In this document: positions 19,127-27,841 of the stretch, in pieces
Position numbering within the stretch: position 1 is the first letter of the stretch
Layout of the letters: each line of letters begins with the position of its first letter
From: Longimicrobiales bacterium
GTDB taxonomy: Bacteria > Gemmatimonadota > Gemmatimonadetes > Longimicrobiales > Gaopeijiaceae
NCBI GenBank assembly: GCA_965116905.1
Contig: OZ220732.1
Span: 288,001-352,000 of the forward strand
Direction of reading: 5' to 3'
DNA: 64,000 nt
Notes under the pieces: generated by a model
What the model saw: the letters and a program-made list of their open reading frames with translations, nothing else
Databases searched by the model: none
Told to the model about the DNA's origin: nothing
Translations under genes and position numbers: made by a program

Positions 19127-22100
19127 TCACCCCCGCGGCACACGCGCCGCCCTGAACCCCTGGTGGAGCTGCGCCAACCCGATTGGTACGGTCGAGGACT
19201 GCCTACCACGACCCTACGGTACCCGCGCTGGTTCCGTCGAAGACCAGCGCCACCGCTCGCAGCGCGGCCGGATCGAAGGCGGGGTTGTCGGCAGCGAAGT
19301 CGGCGAGGCGGGATCGAAAACTGTCGTGGCCCCGGAACCGCCGGAATGCGGAAACGCATTATCCGGATTTCCCGCTCTGCATCCAGGCGGATGCTGCAGG
19401 CTCATGTTGTGTCCCAGCTCGTGGGCGATGACGAACTCCGAACGTGTCCCGCGATCGACCACCGAGAAGGTTGAACGGCTGATACGCTCGCCCGTGGTGG
19501 TCCGCGACCCGTCGTCCTCGATGTCGCGGCGGCGGCAGCACGCGGATCGTGAGCGGTCTGCGCAACGGGCGCGTAGTCGGTGAGGGTCACGCGCGCGGTA
19601 TCGCCGTCCGCGCTTCGATCGCCGATCGACGATCACGATTTCCAGGCGGCTGCACGGTCGTTCCATCTATCTCGGCGTTGGCGCTGGTTTTCCTCGTCGC
19701 CGGCGCGGTCTCCGCGGCGGTCCGTGTCTGGCATCGTCTGCAGCGCGATTGCGGTCGCTCTCATCCCCCTCCCCCTCTGTCTCGTCGGAACACTCGCAAC
19801 ACCCGAAGTTCCCCGAAACTGCCTCGGACAGGTCCGGATTCTCGCTCAGGGCCAGTTCCTTCGTCAGCTTGCCGAGATCCGGCGGGATCTCACCGCGCGC
19901 GTTGTTCTGCAGGTAGAGCCCGACAACACGGTGATGGATGTCCACGTGCATCTCGAGCGTGGTCTCGGCCCCGACGGCCCACTCCCGCGATAGTCCGGCA
20001 GCTCTCCCTGTATGCGGCAGTGCAATGGTGAAAACCGATGGCGGACGGAGGCGCGGGCTCGTCGGAGCCGCTCACATCCCTGGCTTTCGCGGCAAGCCAC
20101 AGCACCTCGACCGGCGCAATGGTGTCGGCGGAAGGGGATACCGTGATGGATGACAGGAACGGAAACACGGACACACTGAAACTCTGTGTCGCCGACGCCC
20201 CGTCCGGGTCGCGTGCCGTTACCGAGACCGTTGCCACTCCCTCTGCAACCCCGGACAGGATTACTGCGTCGCCGGACACCGTGGCTTTCGCCACTGCCGC
20301 GTCCGACGTTGGGACGACGATGTGTTGGCACGGGGTTGCTGGAGCGGATGGCTCGATCCATGCGGCCTTCGCGCCAGGTGCTGCAAGTGAACCCCTGGTG
20401 GAGCTGCGCCAACCCCCGTGGACCCGCGTTGGTTCCGTCAGCGCCACCGCTGCCGATCGAAGGCGGGGTTGTCGGCAGCGAAGTCGGCGAGCGGGATCGA
20501 AAAATGCTGGAGGATCAACTCCCAGGGATTCGAAGCGGTTGTCCTCGATGTCGCAGCCGGATCGTGAGCGGGCGCGGTAGTCGGTGAGGACGCGCGCGAT
20601 CGCCGTCCGCGTCGTCCGTGCAGAGGCGGTTTTTCCTCGTCGCCGGCGCGGTCTCCGCGGCGGTCCGTGTCGCATCGTCTGCAGCGCGATTGCGGTCGCT
20701 CTATCCCCCTCCCCCTCTGTCTCGTATCCACGCCTCCGGGGCCCCGGCTCGTCGTCGAGGCCGCCCACGTGCATCTCGAGCGTGGTTCGGCCCCGACGGC
20801 CCACTCCCGCGATAGTCCGGCGGGCAGTGCAATGGTGAAAACGGACGGAGGCGCGGGCTCGTCGGAGCCGCGGTAGCTGTTGTTCCAGCCCAGCCAGAGT
20901 GCCTGGTTGAGTTGGGACGACGACGTGTTGGCACGGTTGCTGGAGCGGAGATCCATGCGGCCTTCGCGCCAGGTGCTGAAGTCTGCGCCGTGGAGCGTCA
21001 CGCCCGCTGCCGATCCGGTGGTGACGTCGATGTCCTCCTCGAAGTCGGCCAGAGAAACGCCGAGCGCGTGATATACATGGTCTTCGGCAGCCAGCCGCCC
21101 GCCACGCGGTGGTCCGGAAGAGGGGCCTGTAGCGGTCGTCTCCCTTCAGCGTGATGTCCAGGAACGCCGAGACGAAGACGCGGCCGAACTCGCGCTGGTC
21201 CTCGGGCGGGAGCAGGCCGCGGAGCTCGAGGATGCGCGGGCTGCGCGGACCGTTGTCGTGCGCCCCCCAGACCGTGTTCCACTGTCCGTGGTTGGCCCGG
21301 TACACGTAGACGGCCGATTTGAACATGCCGCTGTCCGCTCCGCGCGTGAACCGCACACGGTTGAAGAGCCGCAACCCGTGAAAACTCGTGACGTCGCCGT
21401 CGTGCGAGCCGTGAAAGACCAGGTAGTTGATGTCGCTGAGCGGGGCCCGCTGATCGGCGGGCAGGTACTGGCCGTCCACGGGGGCGATCGAGATCACCGA
21501 CCTGATGTCGAAGCCGAAATCGAATTCGAGCGACGCGTCGTCGGGGTAGCGGGTCAGCCGGTTGAAGGCGGCCGCGAGGGCCACCGCTTCGCCGCCGCGG
21601 GAGTGGCCGATGAGCGCGATGTTGTCCATGTCGACCCGGCCGTGGAAGGGCCCGTCCGGGTCCTCGTTGAAGCGCTGCCAGGCCTGCAGGTGCTTGAGCA
21701 GCAGCCAGCCGCGCCCGTCGTTCTCCTGGCGGATGCCGCCGTTGATGAAGTTCATGTCCACCGACGCGAGGATATGGCCGCGGCTGGCCAGGAGCTCGCC
21801 GAGCCAGTCGTACCCGGGGTCCGAGAAGTCGCGCATGTTGTGGTTGCCGTGCACGACCAGGACGAGCGGGTGCGGCCCGGGATCGTCCGGGTACCAGACA
21901 CGCGCGTTGATGGGGAAGCTGTCGGGCGAGAACCCCCAATAGCTGTTCCGAGACTCCGCCGAAGCCCCGAGGCTGACCAGCCTGGAGGCGTCCACGGTCT
22001 CGGTCACGATCGCTACCGAGTCACGGTACTCGGGGCGGTTCCTGTCCGTGCCGCTGCCGTAGTAGAGGGTGAGCACGTCGTGGGGGCCGGCAAGGGCGGG

Positions 22101-22262
22101 GTTGGGGTGGTCGAGGTGGTGGCCGGACAGCACGGTGGCCGCGTCCGAGGGACTGAGTTCGAGCGAGCCGGCGCATGCGGTCACGAGGACTGTGACGAGG
22201 CCGGCGGGCGCGGCGAGCGTGACGGCGCGAGGCCTCCTGGGGGCGTGTCTCATGCGGGGCAT
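19127..22262 (-). pseudogene. secreted alpha/beta hydrolase lipoprotein (chlorophyllase-like); 3' third frameshifted and duplicated (pseudogene or consensus error)
   Basis: Lipobox TAC, VHGNH, GHSRGG, HDGDV, ANHGQWN intact to ~21115. Continuation lies in other frames (DHRVAGGWLPKTMYITR; LADFEEDIDVTTG). Apparent true C-terminus GLAQLHQGFRAARVPRG* ends at 19127. Confidence 0.75.
19153..20982. repeat. imperfect direct duplication: 19153-20388 versus 20388-20982, with foreign sequence interleaved in the first copy
   Basis: About 12 collinear shared blocks, e.g. tgaacccctggtggagctgcgccaaccc at 19153 and 20388; ~100-bp block at 19686 and 20628; ccacgtgcatctcgagcgtggt at 19942 and 20765. Confidence 0.92.
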
Positions 22263-22341
22263 ACTCGGGGAGATTCGCCCGCGGAGCAAGCGCCCGGCTA
22301 TCCTTCGGGGGGCGATCACCCACCACCGGCACGGACGGCCA

Positions 22342-24471
22342 ATGGCGACACTCAAGCGCGAACTCGGTCTCTTCGACGTGTACGCGATCGCGACCGGCGC
22401 CACGCTGAGTTCCGGCTTCTTCCTGCTGCCCGGTCTCGCGGCCGCGCAGGCCGGAAGCGCAATCCCCTTCGCGTACCTGCTGGCGGGCCTCGTGCTTCTG
22501 CCGGGCATCCTCAGCATGGCGGAGCTGTCGACCGCCATGCCACGGGCCGGCGGCATCTACTATTTCCTCGACCGCAGCATGGGCCAGCGGGTGGGAGCGA
22601 TCGGCGGCTTCGGCACCTGGACCACGCTGACGCTCAAGTCCGCTTTCGCGCTGGTGGGCCTCGGCGCCTACCTGCAGGTCTACTACCCCGAGGCGCCCGC
22701 GGGCCCGATCGCGCTCGCCTTCGCTTCGGCCTTCGCCGCGGTCAACCTCTTCGGCGCCAAGGCGACAAGCGCGGTGCAGCGCGTCCTGACGGTGGTTCTC
22801 CTGGCCATGCTCGGCTGGCTGATCGGCACCGGAGTGACGGCGGTGGACCCACGTGCCTTCGACGGTGCGTTCGACCTCGGCACCTCGCCGTTCTTCGCCA
22901 CCGTGGGACTGGTGATCGTGTCCTACATGGGGCTCACCCACGTGGCGTCGGTCTCGGAAGAGGTGAAGAACCCGGACCGCAACCTCGCGCTGGGCATGCT
23001 GCTGGCATTCGCGACGGTGCTGCTCGTGTATGTGCTGGGCACGTGGGCGATGGTGGGGGCGGTCGGCGTGGAGGCGCTCTCGGTGGGCGAGGGCAACCTG
23101 GCGCCCGCGGCGTCCATGGCCAGAGTGGTCGCGGGCTCCGCCGGAGAGGCCGTCATGACCGTGGCCGCGATCCTCGCCTTCATTTCGGTCGGCAACGCCG
23201 GGGTCCTGTCCGCAAGCCGCTACCCGCTGGCCATGAGCCGCGATCACGTGCTGCCGGCCGCCCTGCGCCGGATCAGCCGCTGGGGCACCCCCTGGGTCGC
23301 CGTCCTCGCTACCGTGGGCCTGATCGTCCTGTGGCTGTCGCTCTTCGACCCGTCCGGCATTGCGAAGCTGGCGAGCGCCTTCCAGCTCATCATGTTTGCG
23401 CTGGCGTGCCTGGCCGTGATCGTCATGCGCGAAAGCGGCCTCGCGCCCTACGACCCCGGCTTCCGCGCTCCGTTCTACCCATGGGTTCAGATCATCGGCA
23501 TCGTCATTCCGCTGCCGCTGATCGTCCAGATGGGCTGGATGGCCACCCTCCTGAGCGTGGTGTTCGTCGCCTTCGGCATCCTCTGGTACAACGTCTACGC
23601 CCGCAACCACGTCCGCCGCGAGGGCGCGATCTACCACGTATTCGAGCGGCTGGGGCAGCAGCGCAACCAGGGGCTGGAGCGTGAACTGCGCCAGATCCTG
23701 AAGGAGAAGGGCGTGCGCGACGCCGACCCCTTCGAGGAACTCATCGCGTCTTCGGATGTTTTGGACTACGAGGGCGCTGTTCCCTTCTCGGAGTTGGTGG
23801 ACCGCGCGTCACAGGCGCTTTCGCGACAGTTGGGGGTGAATGCCACCATCCTCGCGCAGGGACTTCTCGAGGGCGTGGGCACCGGCCTCACGCCGATGTC
23901 CCAGGGCGTCGTCCTGCCGCACCTGCATCTGGACTCCATTCCAGGGCCCCGCATGGTGCTCGCGCGCGTTCGCGACGGGATTGTGATCGACACCGGCGAG
24001 CCCGACGTGGCCCCGGCCGAAGACGAACTCATCCAGGCCGCCTTCTTCCTGGCGAGCCCCGCGGCCGACCACGGCCGCCATCTGCGCACCCTGGCCCAGA
24101 TCGCCGGGCGCGTGGACGACGAGAGCTTCCTGACCGAGTGGCTCGAGGCCGAGGACAACCTGGAGCTGCGCGAGGTCATGCTGCGCGACGAACGCATGCT
24201 CGTGGTGGAGGTGCTGCCCGAGGGGGCGAGCAGCGCTTTGGCGGGGATGACGATCGCGGACATGGCACTGCCCGAGAGCACGCTCGCCGCGATGATCCGC
24301 CGGCGCGGGCAGCTCGTCGTGCCCCACGACGACACCATTGTCGAGCAGGGCGACCGCCTGACGATCCTGGGCTCGCCCCGCGACATCATCGACCTGCGGC
24401 ATCGTTACGACGTGCACGCGACAACCGCGCCGCGCTGGTGGCGTGGCAGGAGGCAGGGGCGAACACAATGA
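22342..24471 (+). CDS. APC family amino-acid permease fused to PTS EIIA-like and TrkA-C (RCK_C) domains
   Basis: LKRELGLF..GATLSSGFF, ELSTAMPRAGG, SEEVKNP, ASRYPLAMSRD; then GVVLPH..HLRTLAQIA; then MIRRRGQLVVP..GDRLTILG. Confidence 0.88.
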   Translation: MATLKRELGLFDVYAIATGATLSSGFFLLPGLAAAQAGSAIPFAYLLAGLVLLPGILSMAELSTAMPRAGGIYYFLDRSMGQRVGAIGGFGTWTTLTLKSAFALVGLGAYLQVYYPEAPAGPIALAFASAFAAVNLFGAKATSAVQRVLTVVLLAMLGWLIGTGVTAVDPRAFDGAFDLGTSPFFATVGLVIVSYMGLTHVASVSEEVKNPDRNLALGMLLAFATVLLVYVLGTWAMVGAVGVEALSVGEGNLAPAASMARVVAGSAGEAVMTVAAILAFISVGNAGVLSASRYPLAMSRDHVLPAALRRISRWGTPWVAVLATVGLIVLWLSLFDPSGIAKLASAFQLIMFALACLAVIVMRESGLAPYDPGFRAPFYPWVQIIGIVIPLPLIVQMGWMATLLSVVFVAFGILWYNVYARNHVRREGAIYHVFERLGQQRNQGLERELRQILKEKGVRDADPFEELIASSDVLDYEGAVPFSELVDRASQALSRQLGVNATILAQGLLEGVGTGLTPMSQGVVLPHLHLDSIPGPRMVLARVRDGIVIDTGEPDVAPAEDELIQAAFFLASPAADHGRHLRTLAQIAGRVDDESFLTEWLEAEDNLELREVMLRDERMLVVEVLPEGASSALAGMTIADMALPESTLAAMIRRRGQLVVPHDDTIVEQGDRLTILGSPRDIIDLRHRYDVHATTAPRWWRGRRQGRTQ

Positions 24472-25196
24472 GACTCTGGACCGGCACCAGCGGCTTCTCC
24501 TACAAGGAGTGGAAGGGCCCTTTCTACCCCGAAAAGCTGGCGGCCAACAAGATGCTGGCGTACTACTCGCGCCGGCTCAGCAGCGTCGAGATCAACAACA
24601 CCTTCTACCGGCTGCCCCGCGCCGAGCTGCTCGACAAGTGGGCAGCGCAGGTGCCCGACGACTTCGCTTTTGTCCTGAAGGCGAGCCGAAGGATCACCCA
24701 CATGAAGCGCCTCAAGGACGCGGGCGATCCCCTGGAATACCTGGTCACGACCGCGGTCGGGGCTCTCGGACCCCGGCTCGGCCCGATCCTCTTCCAGCTG
24801 CCCCCGTACCTGCGCGCCGATGTCGAGCGCCTCAGCGACTTCCTGGCCCTCCTCTCCGAAGGCGTGGGAGCGCCCGAGGGCTTTCGCGCCGCCTTCGAGT
24901 TCCGCCACGCCAGCTGGTTCAGCGACGAGGTCTACCAGGCGCTGGCCGATCACGGCGCGGCGCTCGTCACCGCCGACACCGGCGAGGGCGAGGCCCCGGT
25001 CGTGGCGACCGCCCCGTTCGGCTACGCGAGACTGCGGCGTCCCGGCTACACCGACGACCAACTGCGCGATTGGGCGGAGGCGCTGCGGCAACCCGAGTGG
25101 AGCGACGTCTTCGCGTTCTTCAAGCACGAGGACGCGGGCGCGGGGCCGAGGATGGCGGCGGGCTTCCGGGAGCTGTGGCAGTCCCTCCACGCTTGA
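24468..25196 (+). CDS. DUF72 family protein
   Basis: GTSGFSYKEW, VEINNTFY, LFQLPP, FEFRHASW, FFKHED. Confidence 0.93.
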   Translation: MRLWTGTSGFSYKEWKGPFYPEKLAANKMLAYYSRRLSSVEINNTFYRLPRAELLDKWAAQVPDDFAFVLKASRRITHMKRLKDAGDPLEYLVTTAVGALGPRLGPILFQLPPYLRADVERLSDFLALLSEGVGAPEGFRAAFEFRHASWFSDEVYQALADHGAALVTADTGEGEAPVVATAPFGYARLRRPGYTDDQLRDWAEALRQPEWSDVFAFFKHEDAGAGPRMAAGFRELWQSLHA

Positions 25197-25287
25197 CACA
25201 CCCGGAACCCGGGACCGAACATCCACCCACGGGTGTACCCCGATACAGCAACACGAACACCCGCCCCTGGCAGCAGGAGCCACCAAT

Positions 25288-26217
25288 ATGATCATCAAGG
25301 TCCGCAAGCCCAGCGATGTCCCGTCCTCCGAGATCACTCCGGAGTCGGTCTACATCAACCGCCGCAAGTTCCTGGGGACTTCGGCAGGAATCGGCGCGGC
25401 AACGTTCCTGGGCGCGGGCAAGGCCCACGCCGCCCCCCAGGACGACGAGCCCAACACCTGGGAAGAGATCACCAGCTACAACAACTTCTACGAGTTCGGG
25501 ACCGGCAAGGGGGATCCCGCGAAGAACGCCCCCGACCGGCTCATCACCGATCCGTGGACCGTGAAGGTGGACGGACTCTGCAACAACCCCGCCGACTACC
25601 ACCTGGAAGACTTCATCAACCCCTCGACCATCGAGGACCGCACCTATCGCCTGCGCTGCGTGGAGGCGTGGTCCATGGTCGTGCCGTGGCGCGGCTTTCC
25701 GCTGGTGGACGTGATCAACCGGGCCGAGCCCACCGCCGCCGCAAGGTACGTCGCCTTCGAGACGCTGTGGGACCCCGAGCAGATGCCCGAGCGCAGCTGG
25801 CGTCCCCGGATCGACTGGCCCTACCGCGAGGGGCTGCGGCTGGACGAGGCCATGCACCCGCTCTCCCTCCTCGTCACCGGCCTCTACGGCAGGGACCTCC
25901 CCGCGCAGAACGGGGCGCCGCTCAGGCTGGCCGTGCCATGGAAGTACGGGTTCAAGAGCATCAAGTCGATCGTGCGCATCACCTTCACCGAGGACCAGCC
26001 GCCCACGACCTGGGCCACCCAGACCCCCCGCGAGTACGGGTTCTACTCCAACGTGAACCCCGACGTCGACCACCCGCGCTGGAGTCAGAAGACCGAAAAG
26101 CGGATCGATAGCAGCAAGCTGTTCGGGTCCCGCCGTATCGACACGCAGTTCCTGAACGGCTACGCCGACGAGGTGGCGCACCTGTACGAAGGGATGGACC
26201 TCCGGAAGAACTTCTGA
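25288..26217 (+). CDS. msrP: protein-methionine-sulfoxide reductase catalytic subunit MsrP (Tat-exported molybdoenzyme)
   Basis: SEITPE..NRRKFL Tat signal, YNNFYEFG, RLRCVEAWSMV, QNGAPLRL.VPWKYGFKSIK. Confidence 0.96.
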   Translation: MIIKVRKPSDVPSSEITPESVYINRRKFLGTSAGIGAATFLGAGKAHAAPQDDEPNTWEEITSYNNFYEFGTGKGDPAKNAPDRLITDPWTVKVDGLCNNPADYHLEDFINPSTIEDRTYRLRCVEAWSMVVPWRGFPLVDVINRAEPTAAARYVAFETLWDPEQMPERSWRPRIDWPYREGLRLDEAMHPLSLLVTGLYGRDLPAQNGAPLRLAVPWKYGFKSIKSIVRITFTEDQPPTTWATQTPREYGFYSNVNPDVDHPRWSQKTEKRIDSSKLFGSRRIDTQFLNGYADEVAHLYEGMDLRKNF

Positions 26218-26219
26218 CG

Positions 26220-26861
26220 GTGGAGGCGAAGGAGTCCACGCAATCGCGCCCGCCGCGTGCGCGAAGCCCCGCCAACCCGAAGCGCCGGATCCTCCTCGCC
26301 AAGACTGCGATCTGGATCGTCGGTCTGGCCCCGCCCGTCTGGCTGACCACGGCCCTCTTCCGCCGCACGCTCGGGATCAACCCGATCGAGACGATCATCC
26401 TCGTCGAGGGGCGCTGGACCCTGGTCTTTCTGCTCGCGACGCTGGCCGTGACGCCCATCCGCCGCCTCACCGGCTGGAACCGGATCGTCCAGCTGCGGCG
26501 CCTGCTGGGACTGTTCGCCTTCTTCCACGCGTGCGTCCACTTCCTGTCGTACGTGGGGATCGACCACCTCTTCGCGCTCTCGATCATCGTCGAGGACGTC
26601 CTGGAGCGGCGTTACATCACGGCGGGCTTCACGGCGCTGGTCCTGCTGGTCCCGCTCGCGGTCACCTCCACGAAGGGATGGATCCGGCGCCTGGGCAAAC
26701 GCTGGCAGCGGCTGCACCGTCTATCCTACGTTGCGGCATCGCTGGGCGTCCTCCATTTCTACTGGAAGGTCAAGGCGGACACCTTCTGGCCGCTGGTGGC
26801 GGCGCTGACCCTGGCGGGACTGTTCGCGGTGCGGCTGGTGTACAGGAAGAAGAGACGTTGA
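26220..26861 (+). CDS. msrQ: heme-binding membrane subunit MsrQ
   Basis: LAVTP, RRLLGLFAF, PLAVTS, WQRLHRLSY, LHFYW; directly follows msrP. Confidence 0.95.
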   Translation: MEAKESTQSRPPRARSPANPKRRILLAKTAIWIVGLAPPVWLTTALFRRTLGINPIETIILVEGRWTLVFLLATLAVTPIRRLTGWNRIVQLRRLLGLFAFFHACVHFLSYVGIDHLFALSIIVEDVLERRYITAGFTALVLLVPLAVTSTKGWIRRLGKRWQRLHRLSYVAASLGVLHFYWKVKADTFWPLVAALTLAGLFAVRLVYRKKRR

Positions 26862-27814
26862 AACGAGGAAGCGCGAAGTTGGCACGTTCGACATGGCCCG
26901 AGCGGGCACGTCCGAGGTGGACCACCGCCGTGCTCTTCGGTGTGCCGCTCGCGGGCGGGATACTGACCGCGATGCTGGCCGCACTTCTGCCCGGAGGCCC
27001 GCCCGCGCCGGACCAGGACGGCCCCACCGAGCCCGAACTCGCCGCACCGGCCCCGGCGGCCCTCCCCCCGCCCCGCACGACCCGCTTCGTCGCCCCGCTG
27101 CCCGCCACCTTGGCCGCGAACGCCACGGTCGCCCTGGGTCCTCCCCAACGTCCCCCACCCGAGTGGCACGAGTTCTACTTCACGCGGGCGGCATACAGCA
27201 GCTACGGATGGGGACGCCGGTCGTGGTCCACCGACTATCCCAAGTCCGACCGCCAGTTCCTGACCGTCCTGCAGCGGCTCACCAACCTGGACGCCTTCAG
27301 CTACGAAAACGCGATCCTGCTAACCGACGAGAACATCCGCCGCTACCCCTTCCTCTACGCCCTCGAAGTGGGGTACATGAGTCTCTCGGCTGGCGAGATC
27401 GAGGGGCTCCGCGACTACCTCAAGGCAGGCGGGTTCCTGGTCATCGACGACTTCTGGGGCACGCGCGAGTGGGCCCAGTTCGAGTATCAGATGAGCCTCG
27501 TGTTTCCGAGTCATCCGATCATCGACCTGGAACTCGATCACCCGGTCTTCAACACCTTCTACGACATCGACGAGATCCTGCAGGTGCCCGCCTACGGGCG
27601 GTACTGGCGCGGCCGGACGAGCGAGCGCGACGGGTACGTGCCCTATGTGAAGGGGATTCTGGACGACGATGGCCGGCTGATGGTCATCATCAACTGGAAT
27701 ACCGACCTGGGCGACGCCTGGGAGTGGGCGGAACGCCCCGACTACCCGGTCCAGTACTCCACCTTCGCGTTCCAGATGGGCGTCAACATGATCATCTACG
27801 CGATGAGTCACTGA
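26858..27814 (+). CDS. DUF4159 domain protein (copy 1)
   Basis: WSTDYPKSD, YPFLY, LRDYLKAGGFLVIDDFWG, GRLMVIINWNTDLGDAWEW, MGVNMIIYAMSH. TTG start overlaps the msrQ stop. Confidence 0.88.
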   Translation: MKRGSAKLARSTWPERARPRWTTAVLFGVPLAGGILTAMLAALLPGGPPAPDQDGPTEPELAAPAPAALPPPRTTRFVAPLPATLAANATVALGPPQRPPPEWHEFYFTRAAYSSYGWGRRSWSTDYPKSDRQFLTVLQRLTNLDAFSYENAILLTDENIRRYPFLYALEVGYMSLSAGEIEGLRDYLKAGGFLVIDDFWGTREWAQFEYQMSLVFPSHPIIDLELDHPVFNTFYDIDEILQVPAYGRYWRGRTSERDGYVPYVKGILDDDGRLMVIINWNTDLGDAWEWAERPDYPVQYSTFAFQMGVNMIIYAMSH

Positions 27815-27841
27815 GTGATGAGTCACTGAGCATATGAGTAT

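Noticed and set aside
19153..20388. CRISPR-like repeat-spacer array
   Set aside because: The shared blocks differ from one another and occur only twice. There is no constant repeat, no regular spacing and no cas gene.
19153..20982. Diversity-generating retroelement template/variable repeat pair
   Set aside because: Differences between the copies are mainly indels and foreign inserts, not adenine-specific substitutions, and there is no reverse transcriptase in the window.
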